A DNA stretch of 64,000 nucleotides from Solirubrobacterales bacterium (lineage in GTDB: Bacteria; Actinomycetota; Thermoleophilia; Solirubrobacterales; Solirubrobacteraceae): assembly GCA_038199035.1 (NCBI GenBank), contig JBBPZM010000061.1:3995-67994 (forward strand). The letters run 5' to 3'. Shown piece after piece: positions 45,659 through 54,123 of the stretch. The notes under the pieces were generated by a model, which had not been told where the DNA came from, did no database searches, and worked only from the letters and a program-made list of their open reading frames with translations. Positions within the stretch are counted from its first letter, which is position 1, and every line of letters starts with the position of its first letter. The position numbers and the translations under genes are program-made.

Positions 45659-46623
45659 GTCAGCGCCTCGGCGCGCTCGAGCATCTCGCCGGCACCGGCC
45701 CCGCCCAGGCGCCGGGCCACCTCGGCGCCCAGCTCCTCGGGGCGCTCGAGCGAGCCCGCCAGGCGATCGCTCACCCAGGCCGACCCGTCCGGCACGCCGA
45801 CGAAGGCGCTGAGAGTCAGGCGGTCGCCTTCGCCGGCCGCCGCGTGCGCGCCGACCGGGGTGTGGCAACTCGCGCCCAGGGCGGCGGTGAGGGTGCGCTC
45901 GGCCCGCAGGCAAGCGCCGGCGAGGGGGTCGTCCAGGAGGCTCAGCGCCTCGCGCACGGCCCGGTCGCCGGCGCGGGCCTCGAGGGCCAGCGTCCCCTGG
46001 CCGGCCGCGGGGACGAAGCGCTCGAGATCGAGCAGCGCGCCGGCCTCCTCCGAACGTTGCAGTCGCTCCAGCCCGGCGGCGGCGAGAACGAGGGCGTCGA
46101 CCCGGCCCTCGTGCAGCCGGCGCAGGCGGGTGTCCACGTTCCCCCCCAGGTCCACCACCTCGAGGTCGTCACGGAGCGCGCGCAGCTGGGACTGCCGGCG
46201 CAGGCTGCTCGTCCCCACCCGCGCGCCGGGCTCAAGCTCCTCCAGGGCGCCCGCCCCGCACAGCGCGTCGCGGGCGTCGGCCCGGACGGGGACGGCGACG
46301 ATGGCCAGCCCGGGGGCCAGCTCGGCGGGAACGTCCTTGGCCGAGTGCACGGCCAGGTCCGCCCGGCCCTCGAGCACCGCCCGCTCGAGCTCGGCCACCC
46401 AGCGGGACTTGTCGCCGGGCGCGCCGGCGTCGCGATCCTGGCGACCACCCGCGGCGACCGCCCCATCGCCCTCCGAGCGACCGCTCGCGCCGCCGGCCGC
46501 GTCGCCCTGGCGGTCGCCCGCAGTCACCACCTCCACCAGCTCGGCTCCGCCCAGGGCCTGGGCGACGGCGCCCGCCTGCGCCAGCGCCAGCGCGCTGCGG
46601 CGCGTGGCGATGCGCAGGCTCAC
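45655..46623 (-). CDS. hemC: Porphobilinogen deaminase (hydroxymethylbilane synthase)
   Basis: Within ORF 45655..47106 the GTG at 46623 overlaps the hemA stop (GTGA). Motifs are 'LRIATRRSALALAQA', 'DLAVHSAKDVP', 'VGTSSLRRQSQL', 'LGGNVDTRLRRL' and 'LGASCHTPVGA'. Confidence 0.9.
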   Translation of the reverse strand: MSLRIATRRSALALAQAGAVAQALGGAELVEVVTAGDRQGDAAGGASGRSEGDGAVAAGGRQDRDAGAPGDKSRWVAELERAVLEGRADLAVHSAKDVPAELAPGLAIVAVPVRADARDALCGAGALEELEPGARVGTSSLRRQSQLRALRDDLEVVDLGGNVDTRLRRLHEGRVDALVLAAAGLERLQRSEEAGALLDLERFVPAAGQGTLALEARAGDRAVREALSLLDDPLAGACLRAERTLTAALGASCHTPVGAHAAAGEGDRLTLSAFVGVPDGSAWVSDRLAGSLERPEELGAEVARRLGGAGAGEMLERAEALT

Positions 46624-47972
46624 CGCCCTGGTCGCTTGACCCGTCGCGGCGAGAGCTCGGTCACGTCGGCCGCCGGGCGGCCGGGCTCGGCAACGTCGGC
46701 CGGCGGCGCCTCCTCGAGCCCGAACAGCTCGCGCAGCAGCTGAAGGCGTGCGTGCGCGCGCTCCTCGCCCCCGCGCTTCATCCGCAGCGTCGGCTCGTGC
46801 AGCAGGCGGTTGGCCACCGCGCGCGCGACCGCCTCGACCCGCTCGCGGTCGCGCTCGCTCAGCGATTCCCACCGGCCGGCGTTCTCGGCCAGGACCTGGT
46901 CGACGATCTCCGCGCCCCGCATGCGCAGGGCGGCCACCGTGGGCATGACCTCGAGCGAGCCCAGCCAGCCGGCGAAGCGCTGGATCTCCTCCTCGATGAT
47001 CCCCTCGGCCTGGCGCGCCTCGGCCTGGCGGACCTCGAGGTTGCGCGCCACCACCGTCTGGAGGTGATCGATGTCGTAGAGGGTCACGCCGGGGATCTCG
47101 GCGCACAGCGAGTCGACGTCGCGGGGCACAGCGATGTCGATGACCAGGAGCGGCCGGCGGTGACGGTGCCCCATGACCAGCGAGAGCTCATCGTGGCCGA
47201 CGATGTGGTGGGGAGACGACGTCGAGGCCAGCACGATGTCGGCCCGCTCGAGCTCCGCGGGCAGGGCGTCGAAGCCCACCACGTCGCCGTCGAAGCGCTG
47301 GGCCAGCGCCGCGGCGCGTTCGCGCCGGCGGTTGGCCACGAACGTCGTCCCGACGCCGACGTGGGCCAGGGCCTGGGCGGTCAGCTCGGCCATCTCGCCG
47401 GTGCCGAGGATGACCACGCGGCGGCCGGCGAGCTCCCCGATGGCCTCCCGGGCGGCGTCGACCGCGACCGAGGGGATGCTGACCCGGCGAGCCGACACCG
47501 AGGTCTCCGAGCGCACGCGCTTGCCGGTGGCCAGGGCCGCTCCGAACAGCCGGTTGGTCAGCGGACCGGTCGAGTCGGCGGCCAGGGCCAGCTCGTAGGC
47601 GCGCCGGACCTGGCCCTGGATCTCGGCCTCCCCGACGATCATTGCCTCGAGGCCCGCGGTCACGCGGTACAGGTGGCGCGCGGCGTCGCAGTTGCGCAGC
47701 GAGTAGATCGGCTCGGCCAGCTCGGTGGGCCGGATGCCGGCGCGGCGGGCGAGCATTCCCAGGACCGTCGACTCGGCCGCCACCGGGTCGGCGGCCACCG
47801 CGTAGACCTCGGTGCGGTTGCAGGTCGAGATGACCACGGCCTCGGCCACCTCGGGATCGGCGGCGAGCTGGCTCATGAACTCCTCCGCCAGCCCGGCCGG
47901 TAGGGCGACGCGCTCGCGCAGGGCCACCGGGGCGGTCTTGTGCGAGACCCCGAGCAGGAGCAGCTCGCTCAC
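46620..47972 (-). CDS. hemA: Glutamyl-tRNA reductase
   Basis: 450-aa ORF. Motifs are 'LLLLGVSHKTAPVALRE', 'VISTCNRTEVYAV' and the NADPH site 'VVILGTGEMAEL'. The GTG start overlaps the upstream small ORF stop. Confidence 0.93.
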   Translation of the reverse strand: MSELLLLGVSHKTAPVALRERVALPAGLAEEFMSQLAADPEVAEAVVISTCNRTEVYAVAADPVAAESTVLGMLARRAGIRPTELAEPIYSLRNCDAARHLYRVTAGLEAMIVGEAEIQGQVRRAYELALAADSTGPLTNRLFGAALATGKRVRSETSVSARRVSIPSVAVDAAREAIGELAGRRVVILGTGEMAELTAQALAHVGVGTTFVANRRRERAAALAQRFDGDVVGFDALPAELERADIVLASTSSPHHIVGHDELSLVMGHRHRRPLLVIDIAVPRDVDSLCAEIPGVTLYDIDHLQTVVARNLEVRQAEARQAEGIIEEEIQRFAGWLGSLEVMPTVAALRMRGAEIVDQVLAENAGRWESLSERDRERVEAVARAVANRLLHEPTLRMKRGGEERAHARLQLLRELFGLEEAPPADVAEPGRPAADVTELSPRRVKRPGR

Positions 47973-48178
47973 CGCCGCGCTCCCTCCTGATCGACCTCGT
48001 CGGCGCCAGCCGGGGCGGCGCCCGGCTCGGCCAGCCGGTTGAGCTCGTCGAGCTGGCGCTCGACGCGGCTCAGCCGCGCCGCCATGATGGCCACGTAGAC
48101 GAGAATCAGGCCGACGAAGACCACGAAGGCGCCGGCCACGTAGGGCCCGGCCTGGTCGAGCGGCAAAGCGGGCATCAC
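47969..48178 (-). CDS. ccmD: Small single-TM protein, CcmD-like by position
   Basis: 69-aa ORF with one TM 'GPYVAGAFVVFVGLILVYVAIMA'. It sits directly after ccmC, as ccmD does in System I operons. The assignment rests on size, topology and position only. Confidence 0.4.
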   Translation of the reverse strand: MMPALPLDQAGPYVAGAFVVFVGLILVYVAIMAARLSRVERQLDELNRLAEPGAAPAGADEVDQEGARR

Positions 48179-48221
48179 GCGGGCTGGCGGGCGGTCGGCG
48201 CCCTCCAGTCGACGGGAGGCG

Positions 48222-49052
48222 TCACGAGGGCTGGCGGATCATGGCGGCGGGCGCCGCGGTCGCGGCGCCGGATCCGGCCGGCGCCGGCGTCGAGCTGCGA
48301 CCGCGCGGGAGCGGCGCCTCCTCCCCGGCCAGCCGGCGCCGCAGGGCCTTGAGCTGTGCCGCCGTGTGCTTGGAGGTCATCTCGTACTTCCACAGCGTGA
48401 CGAACAGCAGGGCCACGCCGGCCAGCGACACCAGGAAGGTCAGCGCGAACTCGCCCGGCAGGTTGGAGGTCGAGGTGAGGACCCGCGGATGGGTGAGCGC
48501 CTGGGCCAGGCGCACGGCGAGGAAGTTCAGCGGGACGAAGGCGCCGGCGACGATCGCGAAGACCGAGGCGTAGCGCGCCTGGCGGTCGGGGTCCTCGATC
48601 GAGAAGCGCAGCGGCTGGTAGGTCGCGAACAGCAGGAAGATGATCAGAAAGGAGACGAGCGCGGGCTCCTGCCAGACCCACCAGTGGCCCCATGAGGCCC
48701 GCGCCCAGATCGAGCCGGTGACGAGCACGCCCACGCCCATGACCAGCGAGAGGTGGATGGCTACGTAGGAGCGCAGGTCCCAGCGGCGGTCGCCCGTCCT
48801 CAGGTGCCCGATGGCCATCACGCCGCCCGCCACGAAGCCCAGCAGGGCGACGATGGCCATGGGGACGTGGATGTAGAAGATCTTCTGGATGAACCCCTGG
48901 TCGGCGTCCAGCGGCGCGTAGAAGAAGATCATCGCCAGGGCGGCGGTGAGCACGACGCAGGTGGCGATGGCCAGCGGCGGCAGCCCCCGGCCATAGAGCG
49001 AGGCGTCGGAGGACTGCCTGCGCTGCATCCGCGAACGGGGTCTTTGGGTCAA
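48222..49052 (-). CDS. ccmC: Heme exporter/heme-handling protein CcmC (WWD-domain family)
   Basis: 276-aa ORF with the conserved His in 'FYIHVPMAIV' and the Trp-rich motif 'ASWGHWWVWQEP'. It has 6 TM helices and follows ccmA and ccmB. The start is TTG 49052 or ATG 49028. Confidence 0.75.
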   Translation of the reverse strand: MTQRPRSRMQRRQSSDASLYGRGLPPLAIATCVVLTAALAMIFFYAPLDADQGFIQKIFYIHVPMAIVALLGFVAGGVMAIGHLRTGDRRWDLRSYVAIHLSLVMGVGVLVTGSIWARASWGHWWVWQEPALVSFLIIFLLFATYQPLRFSIEDPDRQARYASVFAIVAGAFVPLNFLAVRLAQALTHPRVLTSTSNLPGEFALTFLVSLAGVALLFVTLWKYEMTSKHTAAQLKALRRRLAGEEAPLPRGRSSTPAPAGSGAATAAPAAMIRQPS

Positions 49053-49057
49053 GCGCC

Positions 49058-49777
49058 TCAGTCCTCGAGGAGGAAGTCGAACACGGCGTAGGCCAGGAGG
49101 GCGAAGACCAGATCATAGAGGCCGAGGATCGCCAGCCAGCGCCCCGGGACGGCCGCCGGCCCCGAGGCCGCGAGCAGCGGCGTGGTGGCGCGCGCGGCGG
49201 CGATGAGGAGGGGGATGAGCAGGGGAAGGGCGACCAGCGGGGCGATCAGGTCGCGCGCCGTGGTCTGGACGGCCAGCGCGGAGGCCAGCGTTCCCACGAC
49301 GGCCATCCCCACGTCGGCCAGGGCGAGGATCCCGACCAGGGCGGGCAGCCCGGGCCACAGCGAGGCGCCCAGCAGCAGCAGGCAGAAGGCCGGCACGGCC
49401 ACCATCTCCACCACGACCAGAAAGGCCAGCAGCGCCGTCGCCTTGGCCGCCAGCAGCGCCGTGCGATCGACCGGGGCGAGCAGGAAGCCGTCGAACCCTC
49501 CCTGCTCGCGCTCGGCCACGAACAGGCGGTTGGCGCCGAGCAGGGCGGCCAGCAGCAGCGTGACCCACAGCACGCCGGCCGCGAGGTCCCCGGAGAGGCT
49601 CGAGCGGTCGAGGCCGAAATGGAAGATCACGAAGGCGGTGATCGAGAAGAGCGCCATCGCCGGGACCGACTCGCGCGTGCGCAGCTCCAGGCGCAGGTCC
49701 TTGCGCAGCAGCGCCCCGACCGCCCTCATCCAATGCCCCCCCCGGGTCGCGCGTCCGCCCGTCGCCTGAGCGCTCAT
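49058..49777 (-). CDS. ccmB: Heme exporter protein CcmB
   Basis: 239-aa ORF. It has 'LRKDLRLELRTRE' and the CcmB-type motif 'FVAEREQGGFDGFLLAPV'. It has 6 TM helices, and the ATG overlaps the ccmA stop. Confidence 0.78.
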   Translation of the reverse strand: MSAQATGGRATRGGHWMRAVGALLRKDLRLELRTRESVPAMALFSITAFVIFHFGLDRSSLSGDLAAGVLWVTLLLAALLGANRLFVAEREQGGFDGFLLAPVDRTALLAAKATALLAFLVVVEMVAVPAFCLLLLGASLWPGLPALVGILALADVGMAVVGTLASALAVQTTARDLIAPLVALPLLIPLLIAAARATTPLLAASGPAAVPGRWLAILGLYDLVFALLAYAVFDFLLED

Positions 49778-50460
49778 CCGTACAGGGCCCTGACGTCGAC
49801 CGCGGTCACGCCACGGGCCGCACCGCCCAGCGCAGGACGGCCGGCGCGCAGACCCAGGACGAGGTCGGCCTGGTCGAGGTCGGCGGCGGGGTCGTGGCTG
49901 GTCATCACCCGCGTCGCCGCCGTCGACCTCCCGATCAGGGGCTCGACCAGCTCGTTCGCCGCGGGGTCGAGGTTGGCCGACGGCTCGTCGAGGACAAGCA
50001 GCTCGGGGTTGTGCAGGACGGCGCGGCAGACCGCCAGGCGCTGGACCATCCCGCGCGACAGTGTCCGCACCGGCTCGTCGGCGCGCGCGGCCATCCCGAC
50101 GCGGTCGAGCAGCTGGCCGACGCGTGCCTCGCCGACGCCGTGCAGGCGCGCGTGGAAGCGCAGGTTCTCGCGCCCGGTGAGGTCGCGGTAGAGCAGCGGC
50201 TCGTGGCCCAGGAAGCCAATCCGCCCGCGCACGGCATAGCCGTCACGCGGCAGCTCGGCGCCCAGCACCCGGGCCGCGCCGGCCTGCGGACGCAGAAGCG
50301 TGGCCAGCACGCGCAGCAGCGTGGACTTGCCGGCGCCGTTGGCCCCCAGCACGAGCAGCGTCGCCCCGCGCGGAACGGTGATCGTCACATCGCGCAGCGC
50401 CGGCCGCTCGCCGTAGTCGCGCCCCACCCCGTGGAGCTCGATCGCCGCCTGCCCTTCCAC
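49774..50460 (-). CDS. ccmA: Heme-export ABC ATPase CcmA-like
   Basis: 228-aa ORF. It has Walker A 'GANGAGKSTLLRVLATLLRP', signature 'LSRGMVQRLAVCRA' and Walker B 'LLVLDEPSANLD'. Confidence 0.8.
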   Translation of the reverse strand: MEGQAAIELHGVGRDYGERPALRDVTITVPRGATLLVLGANGAGKSTLLRVLATLLRPQAGAARVLGAELPRDGYAVRGRIGFLGHEPLLYRDLTGRENLRFHARLHGVGEARVGQLLDRVGMAARADEPVRTLSRGMVQRLAVCRAVLHNPELLVLDEPSANLDPAANELVEPLIGRSTAATRVMTSHDPAADLDQADLVLGLRAGRPALGGAARGVTAVDVRALYG

Positions 50461-50520
50461 GCAACGAGCTTATGCCAGCGCCCTGGCGCGCCCTCGCGCG
50501 CGCCGGCGCCGGGGCACGAG

Positions 50521-51024
50521 CTAGGCGTCCGGCCCGGGGATCTCGACCTCCGGAAGCTCGCCGTGGATGAGCGCCAGCTCCTCGAGGTCGGCGCGGTCCT
50601 GAGGGCGACGGGCAAGGCGCTTGAGCGCCACGAGGGACCCAAGCCCGGCGATCTTGAAGGCGCCGGCTCCCAGGTCCGCCTCCAGGGCGCCGGCGGCGAC
50701 GGTCGCGTAGTCCAGAGGAGGGACGCCTTCATGGAGGAGGTCGACCAGCCCTGCGTCGGTGCTCAGTCGGCTGTGAGGTCGCGGCGAGAGCTCGCCACGG
50801 CTCAGCTCCCGGCCGTCGGCCCAGCGGGCATGAAGTCCCTGAAGCGCTCGCTCGCAGGCGGCGTCGTTGCGCTCCTCGTCGGGGACGAGCAGGTCCACGT
50901 CGCGCGTGGCGCGGACATGGCCGTGGGCGATCACCGCGAACCCGCCGATGACCACGAACCGCACGCCCGCCGCCACCAACCCGGCGGTGAGGCGCTCGAG
51001 CTGTGGATCGGAAGTGTCCGTCAC
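50521..51024 (-). CDS. Minimal nucleotidyltransferase-fold protein (AbiEii/DUF6036-like; possible toxin or antitoxin-modifying enzyme)
   Basis: 167-aa ORF. The pattern hGG-x13-DVD in 'VVIGGFAVIAHGHVRATRDVDLLV' fits the pol-beta NTase signature. The C-terminal 'LVALKRLARRPQDRADLEEL' is typical of these small NTases. The GTG start overlaps the upstream micro-ORF stop (GTGA). Confidence 0.6.
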   Translation of the reverse strand: MTDTSDPQLERLTAGLVAAGVRFVVIGGFAVIAHGHVRATRDVDLLVPDEERNDAACERALQGLHARWADGRELSRGELSPRPHSRLSTDAGLVDLLHEGVPPLDYATVAAGALEADLGAGAFKIAGLGSLVALKRLARRPQDRADLEELALIHGELPEVEIPGPDA

Positions 51025-51209
51025 CCCCGCAGCACCGCACGCCGGAGCTTGGCGGCCTCAGCGGAGAGCCGCTCGCCCCGTCGGAGCCGCTCGGCGACGC
51101 TCATGCTCGCCCCCTCCTCCCGACGCCGACGGTCCTCCTCGCGGTTGATGGCGCGCCAGCGATCCTCGCTTCCCACAGCGAGCAGCGTCCTGTGCGATTG
51201 GCCCTCCAC
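51021..51209 (-). CDS. Small basic ORF translationally coupled to the NTase gene (candidate partner/antitoxin)
   Basis: The ORF is 62 aa from the GTG at 51209. A 27-aa version starts at the ATG at 51104, which is preceded by a strong SD-like 'GGAGGAGGGGG'. That version reads 'MSVAERLRRGERLSAEAAKLRRAVLRG'. No family was recognised. Confidence 0.35.
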   Translation of the reverse strand: MEGQSHRTLLAVGSEDRWRAINREEDRRRREEGASMSVAERLRRGERLSAEAAKLRRAVLRG

Positions 51210-51239
51210 TCGACGGATGCTACGCGCGAATCCGACGGC

Positions 51240-51899
51240 TCAGGCGGGCGCGCGGACTCGCTGGGCGGCGGCGATCAGGTCGCGCACCGCCTCCTCGTCG
51301 CCGTCGCGCAGCAGCTCGATGGGGTCGGGCTCGCCGTTGACGATGCCCTCGAAGAAGGCCTTGCGCTCCTGGTAGGTGGGAAGGCTGGACTTGGCCCATC
51401 CCCGCGCCTCGTTGAGCAGGACGGCGAGCTGGGCATAGGGCTCGCCGAAGCCCTCGGCGATCTCGCGCTTCATGCGCTTGGCCAGGGCAGGGGAGGCGCC
51501 GGCTGTCGAGATGGCGATGGCGAGCGGCCCGTTGCGCACGATCGCCGGCAGGATGAAGTTGCACAGCGGGGGAACGTCGACCACGTTGACCAGCATCGCC
51601 CGGCGCTCGGCGTCGTCGAACACGGCGATGTTGACGTCGGTGTCGTTCGTCGAGGCGATGACCATGAACGCCCCCTCGAGGTCGGAGGGGCCGGCATACG
51701 GCCGCGGCTCCCAGCCGATCGAACCCTCGCGCGCGTAGTCGACCAGCGCCGGCTCGGCCTCGGGCGCGATCACCGTCACGGAGGCGTCGCAGGCCAGCAG
51801 GCCCTCGACCTTCTCGAGCCCGACCTCGCCGCCGCCCACCACCACGCAGCGCCGGCCGGTGAGCCGCAGGCAGGCGATGTAGAACGGCGTCTCCAGCAT
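51240..51899 (-). CDS. Precorrin-2 dehydrogenase / sirohydrochlorin ferrochelatase (SirC/CysG N-terminal-type)
   Basis: Within ORF 51240..52049 the start at ATG 51899 gives '[31 protein letters not shown]', a Rossmann fold. It also has '[17 protein letters not shown]' and '[22 protein letters not shown]'. An alternative ATG lies at 51980. Confidence 0.82.
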   Translation of the reverse strand: MLETPFYIACLRLTGRRCVVVGGGEVGLEKVEGLLACDASVTVIAPEAEPALVDYAREGSIGWEPRPYAGPSDLEGAFMVIASTNDTDVNIAVFDDAERRAMLVNVVDVPPLCNFILPAIVRNGPLAIAISTAGASPALAKRMKREIAEGFGEPYAQLAVLLNEARGWAKSSLPTYQERKAFFEGIVNGEPDPIELLRDGDEEAVRDLIAAAQRVRAPA

Positions 51900-52041
51900 C
51901 CCGCGCACGCACGACTGGTCGCACACGCCCCGGCGCAGCTGGCACACGCACTCCTTGCCGGCGTAGGCTTGGGCGGGCATGGCCCTCAAGGGTAGAGGGC
52001 ACGGTGATCGCGCCGGGGGCGAGCGCCGTACGATTGGCGCC

Positions 52042-52851
52042 ATGAGCATCGAGGCCGGCTACTTCGACGACGACTCGGTCCTGCGGCGCGTCCACCGCGA
52101 GCAGGTGGTCGGCCTGTCGGGCCCGCGAGCGCTGCTCATGCAGGCCACCCACCCGGTTGCCTTCGCGGGGTTCTTCGCCCACACGGGTGCGCTCGACGAG
52201 CCCTACGAGCGGCTCAACCGCACGGCTCAGGTGATGAGCACGATCGGTTTCGGCTCGCGGCGTGACGCCGATCGTGCCACCCGGCGCGTGCGCGCCATGC
52301 ACCGCCGGGTCCGAGGAGAGCTGGCCGAGGCGGCGGGCCGCTTCCCGGCCGGCACGCCCTACGCCGCCGACGACCCGGAGCTGCTGATGTGGATCCTGGC
52401 CACGCTCGTGGACTCGGCGCTGGTCGTCTACGAGCGCTACGTGGGCGCGCTCTCGCACGCCGAGCGCGAGGCCTACTGGCAGGACTACAAGGTGATCGGC
52501 CGCCTGTTCGGCCTGCGCGACGAGGAGATGCCCGAGACGATCGACGCCTTCGAGGCCTACATGGACGGCAAGCTCTCGGGCGGCGACCTGCACGTCACCG
52601 ACGAGGCCCGCCGGCTCGCCGTGCAGATCGTCATGCGCCCGCCGGTCGCGCTGCACGTGCGGCCGATCCTCGAGCTGGCCAACTTCATCACCGTGGGGCT
52701 CCTCCCGGGTGAGCTGCGCCGCCAGTACGGCTTCTCGTGGGATCCCGCGCGCGGCCTGGCTCTGGCCGGCGGGGCCGAGTACCTCAAGCGGGTGCTCGTG
52801 CCGCTGCTGCCGCGCCGCTGGCGCTGGGTCCCCAGCGCCCGCGCCGCCTGA
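52042..52851 (+). CDS. DUF2236 / MpaB-family oxygenase-like protein
   Basis: ATG at 52042 within ORF 51979..52851. Motifs are '[33 protein letters not shown]', 'RLNRTAQ', '[10 protein letters not shown]' and '[11 protein letters not shown]'. Confidence 0.7.
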   Translation: MSIEAGYFDDDSVLRRVHREQVVGLSGPRALLMQATHPVAFAGFFAHTGALDEPYERLNRTAQVMSTIGFGSRRDADRATRRVRAMHRRVRGELAEAAGRFPAGTPYAADDPELLMWILATLVDSALVVYERYVGALSHAEREAYWQDYKVIGRLFGLRDEEMPETIDAFEAYMDGKLSGGDLHVTDEARRLAVQIVMRPPVALHVRPILELANFITVGLLPGELRRQYGFSWDPARGLALAGGAEYLKRVLVPLLPRRWRWVPSARAA

Positions 52852-52936
52852 CCTCCACGGGGCGCTCGGGTCGCCGTTCAGCGCCCGGGCCAGCGGCTCG
52901 GGATGAAGGGAAACCTGCGCGCCGCTGGCCTCTCTG

Positions 52937-52949
52937 GCTGATAATCAGC
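52937..52949. promoter_or_regulatory. 13-nt perfect palindrome GCTGATAATCAGC containing a -10-like GATAAT
   Basis: The arms are GCTGAT / ATCAGC around a central A. It lies 50-62 nt upstream of the GTG at 52999 of the unknown secreted protein, in a locally AT-richer spacer. Confidence 0.3.
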
Positions 52950-52998
52950 AGATCGAGATCCTGGACATCGGTGTGACGGACGGCATGGGGGGGAATCG

Positions 52999-54108
52999 GT
53001 GGGCGAGCTCAAGGTCAAGGACCAGACACGGGGGGCACTGGGGACGGTCGCGGCGGGGGCCTTGGCGCTCGCCGCCACGCTGACGCTGCTCGGGCCCGCG
53101 ACGCCCGCCCGCGCCGCCTCCGACGGCGGTTTCGCCACCCTCGGGCCCACCTCCACCCCCGACCAGCTCTTCGGGATCGACACCGACCCCAGCGCCGAGA
53201 CGCTGCCCATCCGTCGCAGCCAGTCCAGCGCCCCGCGGGTCCTCTACTCGATCCGCCTGGCCGACTCACCCCAACCGAGCACGGTCGACGTGCGCGCCAT
53301 GACCCAGACGATGTTCTGCCGCACGACCGACATTGACGGGACCAACAAGGAGGACGGCGAATGCCGTCACAGCAAGCCCTATCGCTATGCCCCGCGATTC
53401 TTCTCGAAGGTCGTTCTCAGCGACAGCCCGACCGACACCGCGGGCCAGAGCGTCATCCAGGACTGGCAGAGCGTCGTCTGCAGCGACGAGGTCCACCACT
53501 GCCCCGTCCCCGTCCAGGTCGACGGCGCGCCGGTCAGCGGTCAGGGCCTCTACGTCAACTTCGTCGCGGCCGCGCAGTCCAAGTCCGCCGGCAAGGGTCA
53601 GGTCCTGGCCGTCTCCTTCGGCGACATGCAGGCGATCCAGTCGCTCGCCCCGCCGCCCCAGCCGCCGCAGACCACCGACAGCGACGGCCTCAGGTCGAGC
53701 TTCCCGATGTCCCAGGGCAGCGACCGCAGCCAGCGCGCCGACCTCCGCTACGCGGTCCTCTTCTCCCAGCCGGTCGACGTCCACCAGGGGGACGTCCTCG
53801 ACGTGACGGTCCGCCTCAAGCTGGCCATCCACAAGTCCAAGGACAACGCCCCGCTGACCGCGGTCTTCGCCTACCTCACCTCCGATCCCGACGACGCCAT
53901 CCCGGCGGGCATCAGCACCGGGCAGGCGGCCTACCAGCGAGGGGCGCAGAACTGCCCCGGCAGCTGCTCGTTCACCGGCGTGGGGGCGATCCGCTCTCCC
54001 GACGACGGCCACATGTACCTGAACGTCTCGGCCTTCTCCAAGGACCACGAGTACAGGACCAAGGGGACCGTGGCCTACGACGGCACGCTCAGCGTCACCC
54101 GGCGTTGA
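52999..54108 (+). CDS. Secreted protein of unknown function (8 Cys)
   Basis: 369-aa ORF with its GTG preceded by 'GGGGGGAATCG'. The signal peptide is 'ALGTVAAGALALAATLTLLGPATPARAAS'. No domain was recognised. Cys pairs occur in 'MFCRT..GECRH', 'VVCSDEVHHC' and 'QNCPGSCSF'. Confidence 0.7.
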   Translation: MGELKVKDQTRGALGTVAAGALALAATLTLLGPATPARAASDGGFATLGPTSTPDQLFGIDTDPSAETLPIRRSQSSAPRVLYSIRLADSPQPSTVDVRAMTQTMFCRTTDIDGTNKEDGECRHSKPYRYAPRFFSKVVLSDSPTDTAGQSVIQDWQSVVCSDEVHHCPVPVQVDGAPVSGQGLYVNFVAAAQSKSAGKGQVLAVSFGDMQAIQSLAPPPQPPQTTDSDGLRSSFPMSQGSDRSQRADLRYAVLFSQPVDVHQGDVLDVTVRLKLAIHKSKDNAPLTAVFAYLTSDPDDAIPAGISTGQAAYQRGAQNCPGSCSFTGVGAIRSPDDGHMYLNVSAFSKDHEYRTKGTVAYDGTLSVTRR

Positions 54109-54123
54109 CCGGTTCCCCAGCGC

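Noticed and set aside
44156-47106. Long N-terminal extensions in the ORF track for several genes. These are cobA/hemD (585 aa), hemC (483 aa), the galT-like gene (432 aa), the ALDH-like gene (703 aa), HD-GYP (844 aa), the PBP (1030 aa), OppF (563 aa) and the AEC transporter.
   Set aside because: The extensions are Arg/Pro/Gly-rich and overlap the upstream genes. In each case an in-frame GTG or ATG forming a 4-nt overlap with the upstream stop gives a protein of canonical length, and the recognisable homology begins there.
51900-51980. A Cys-rich N-terminal extension of the SirC-like gene ('[27 protein letters not shown]') as a possible metal-binding addition. It carries a repeated GCACACGC 8-mer.
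   Set aside because: The canonical Rossmann N-terminus begins at the downstream ATG (51899), which gives a typical length. The extension has no recognisable motif. It cannot be excluded without N-terminal mapping, so it is noted only as an alternative start.
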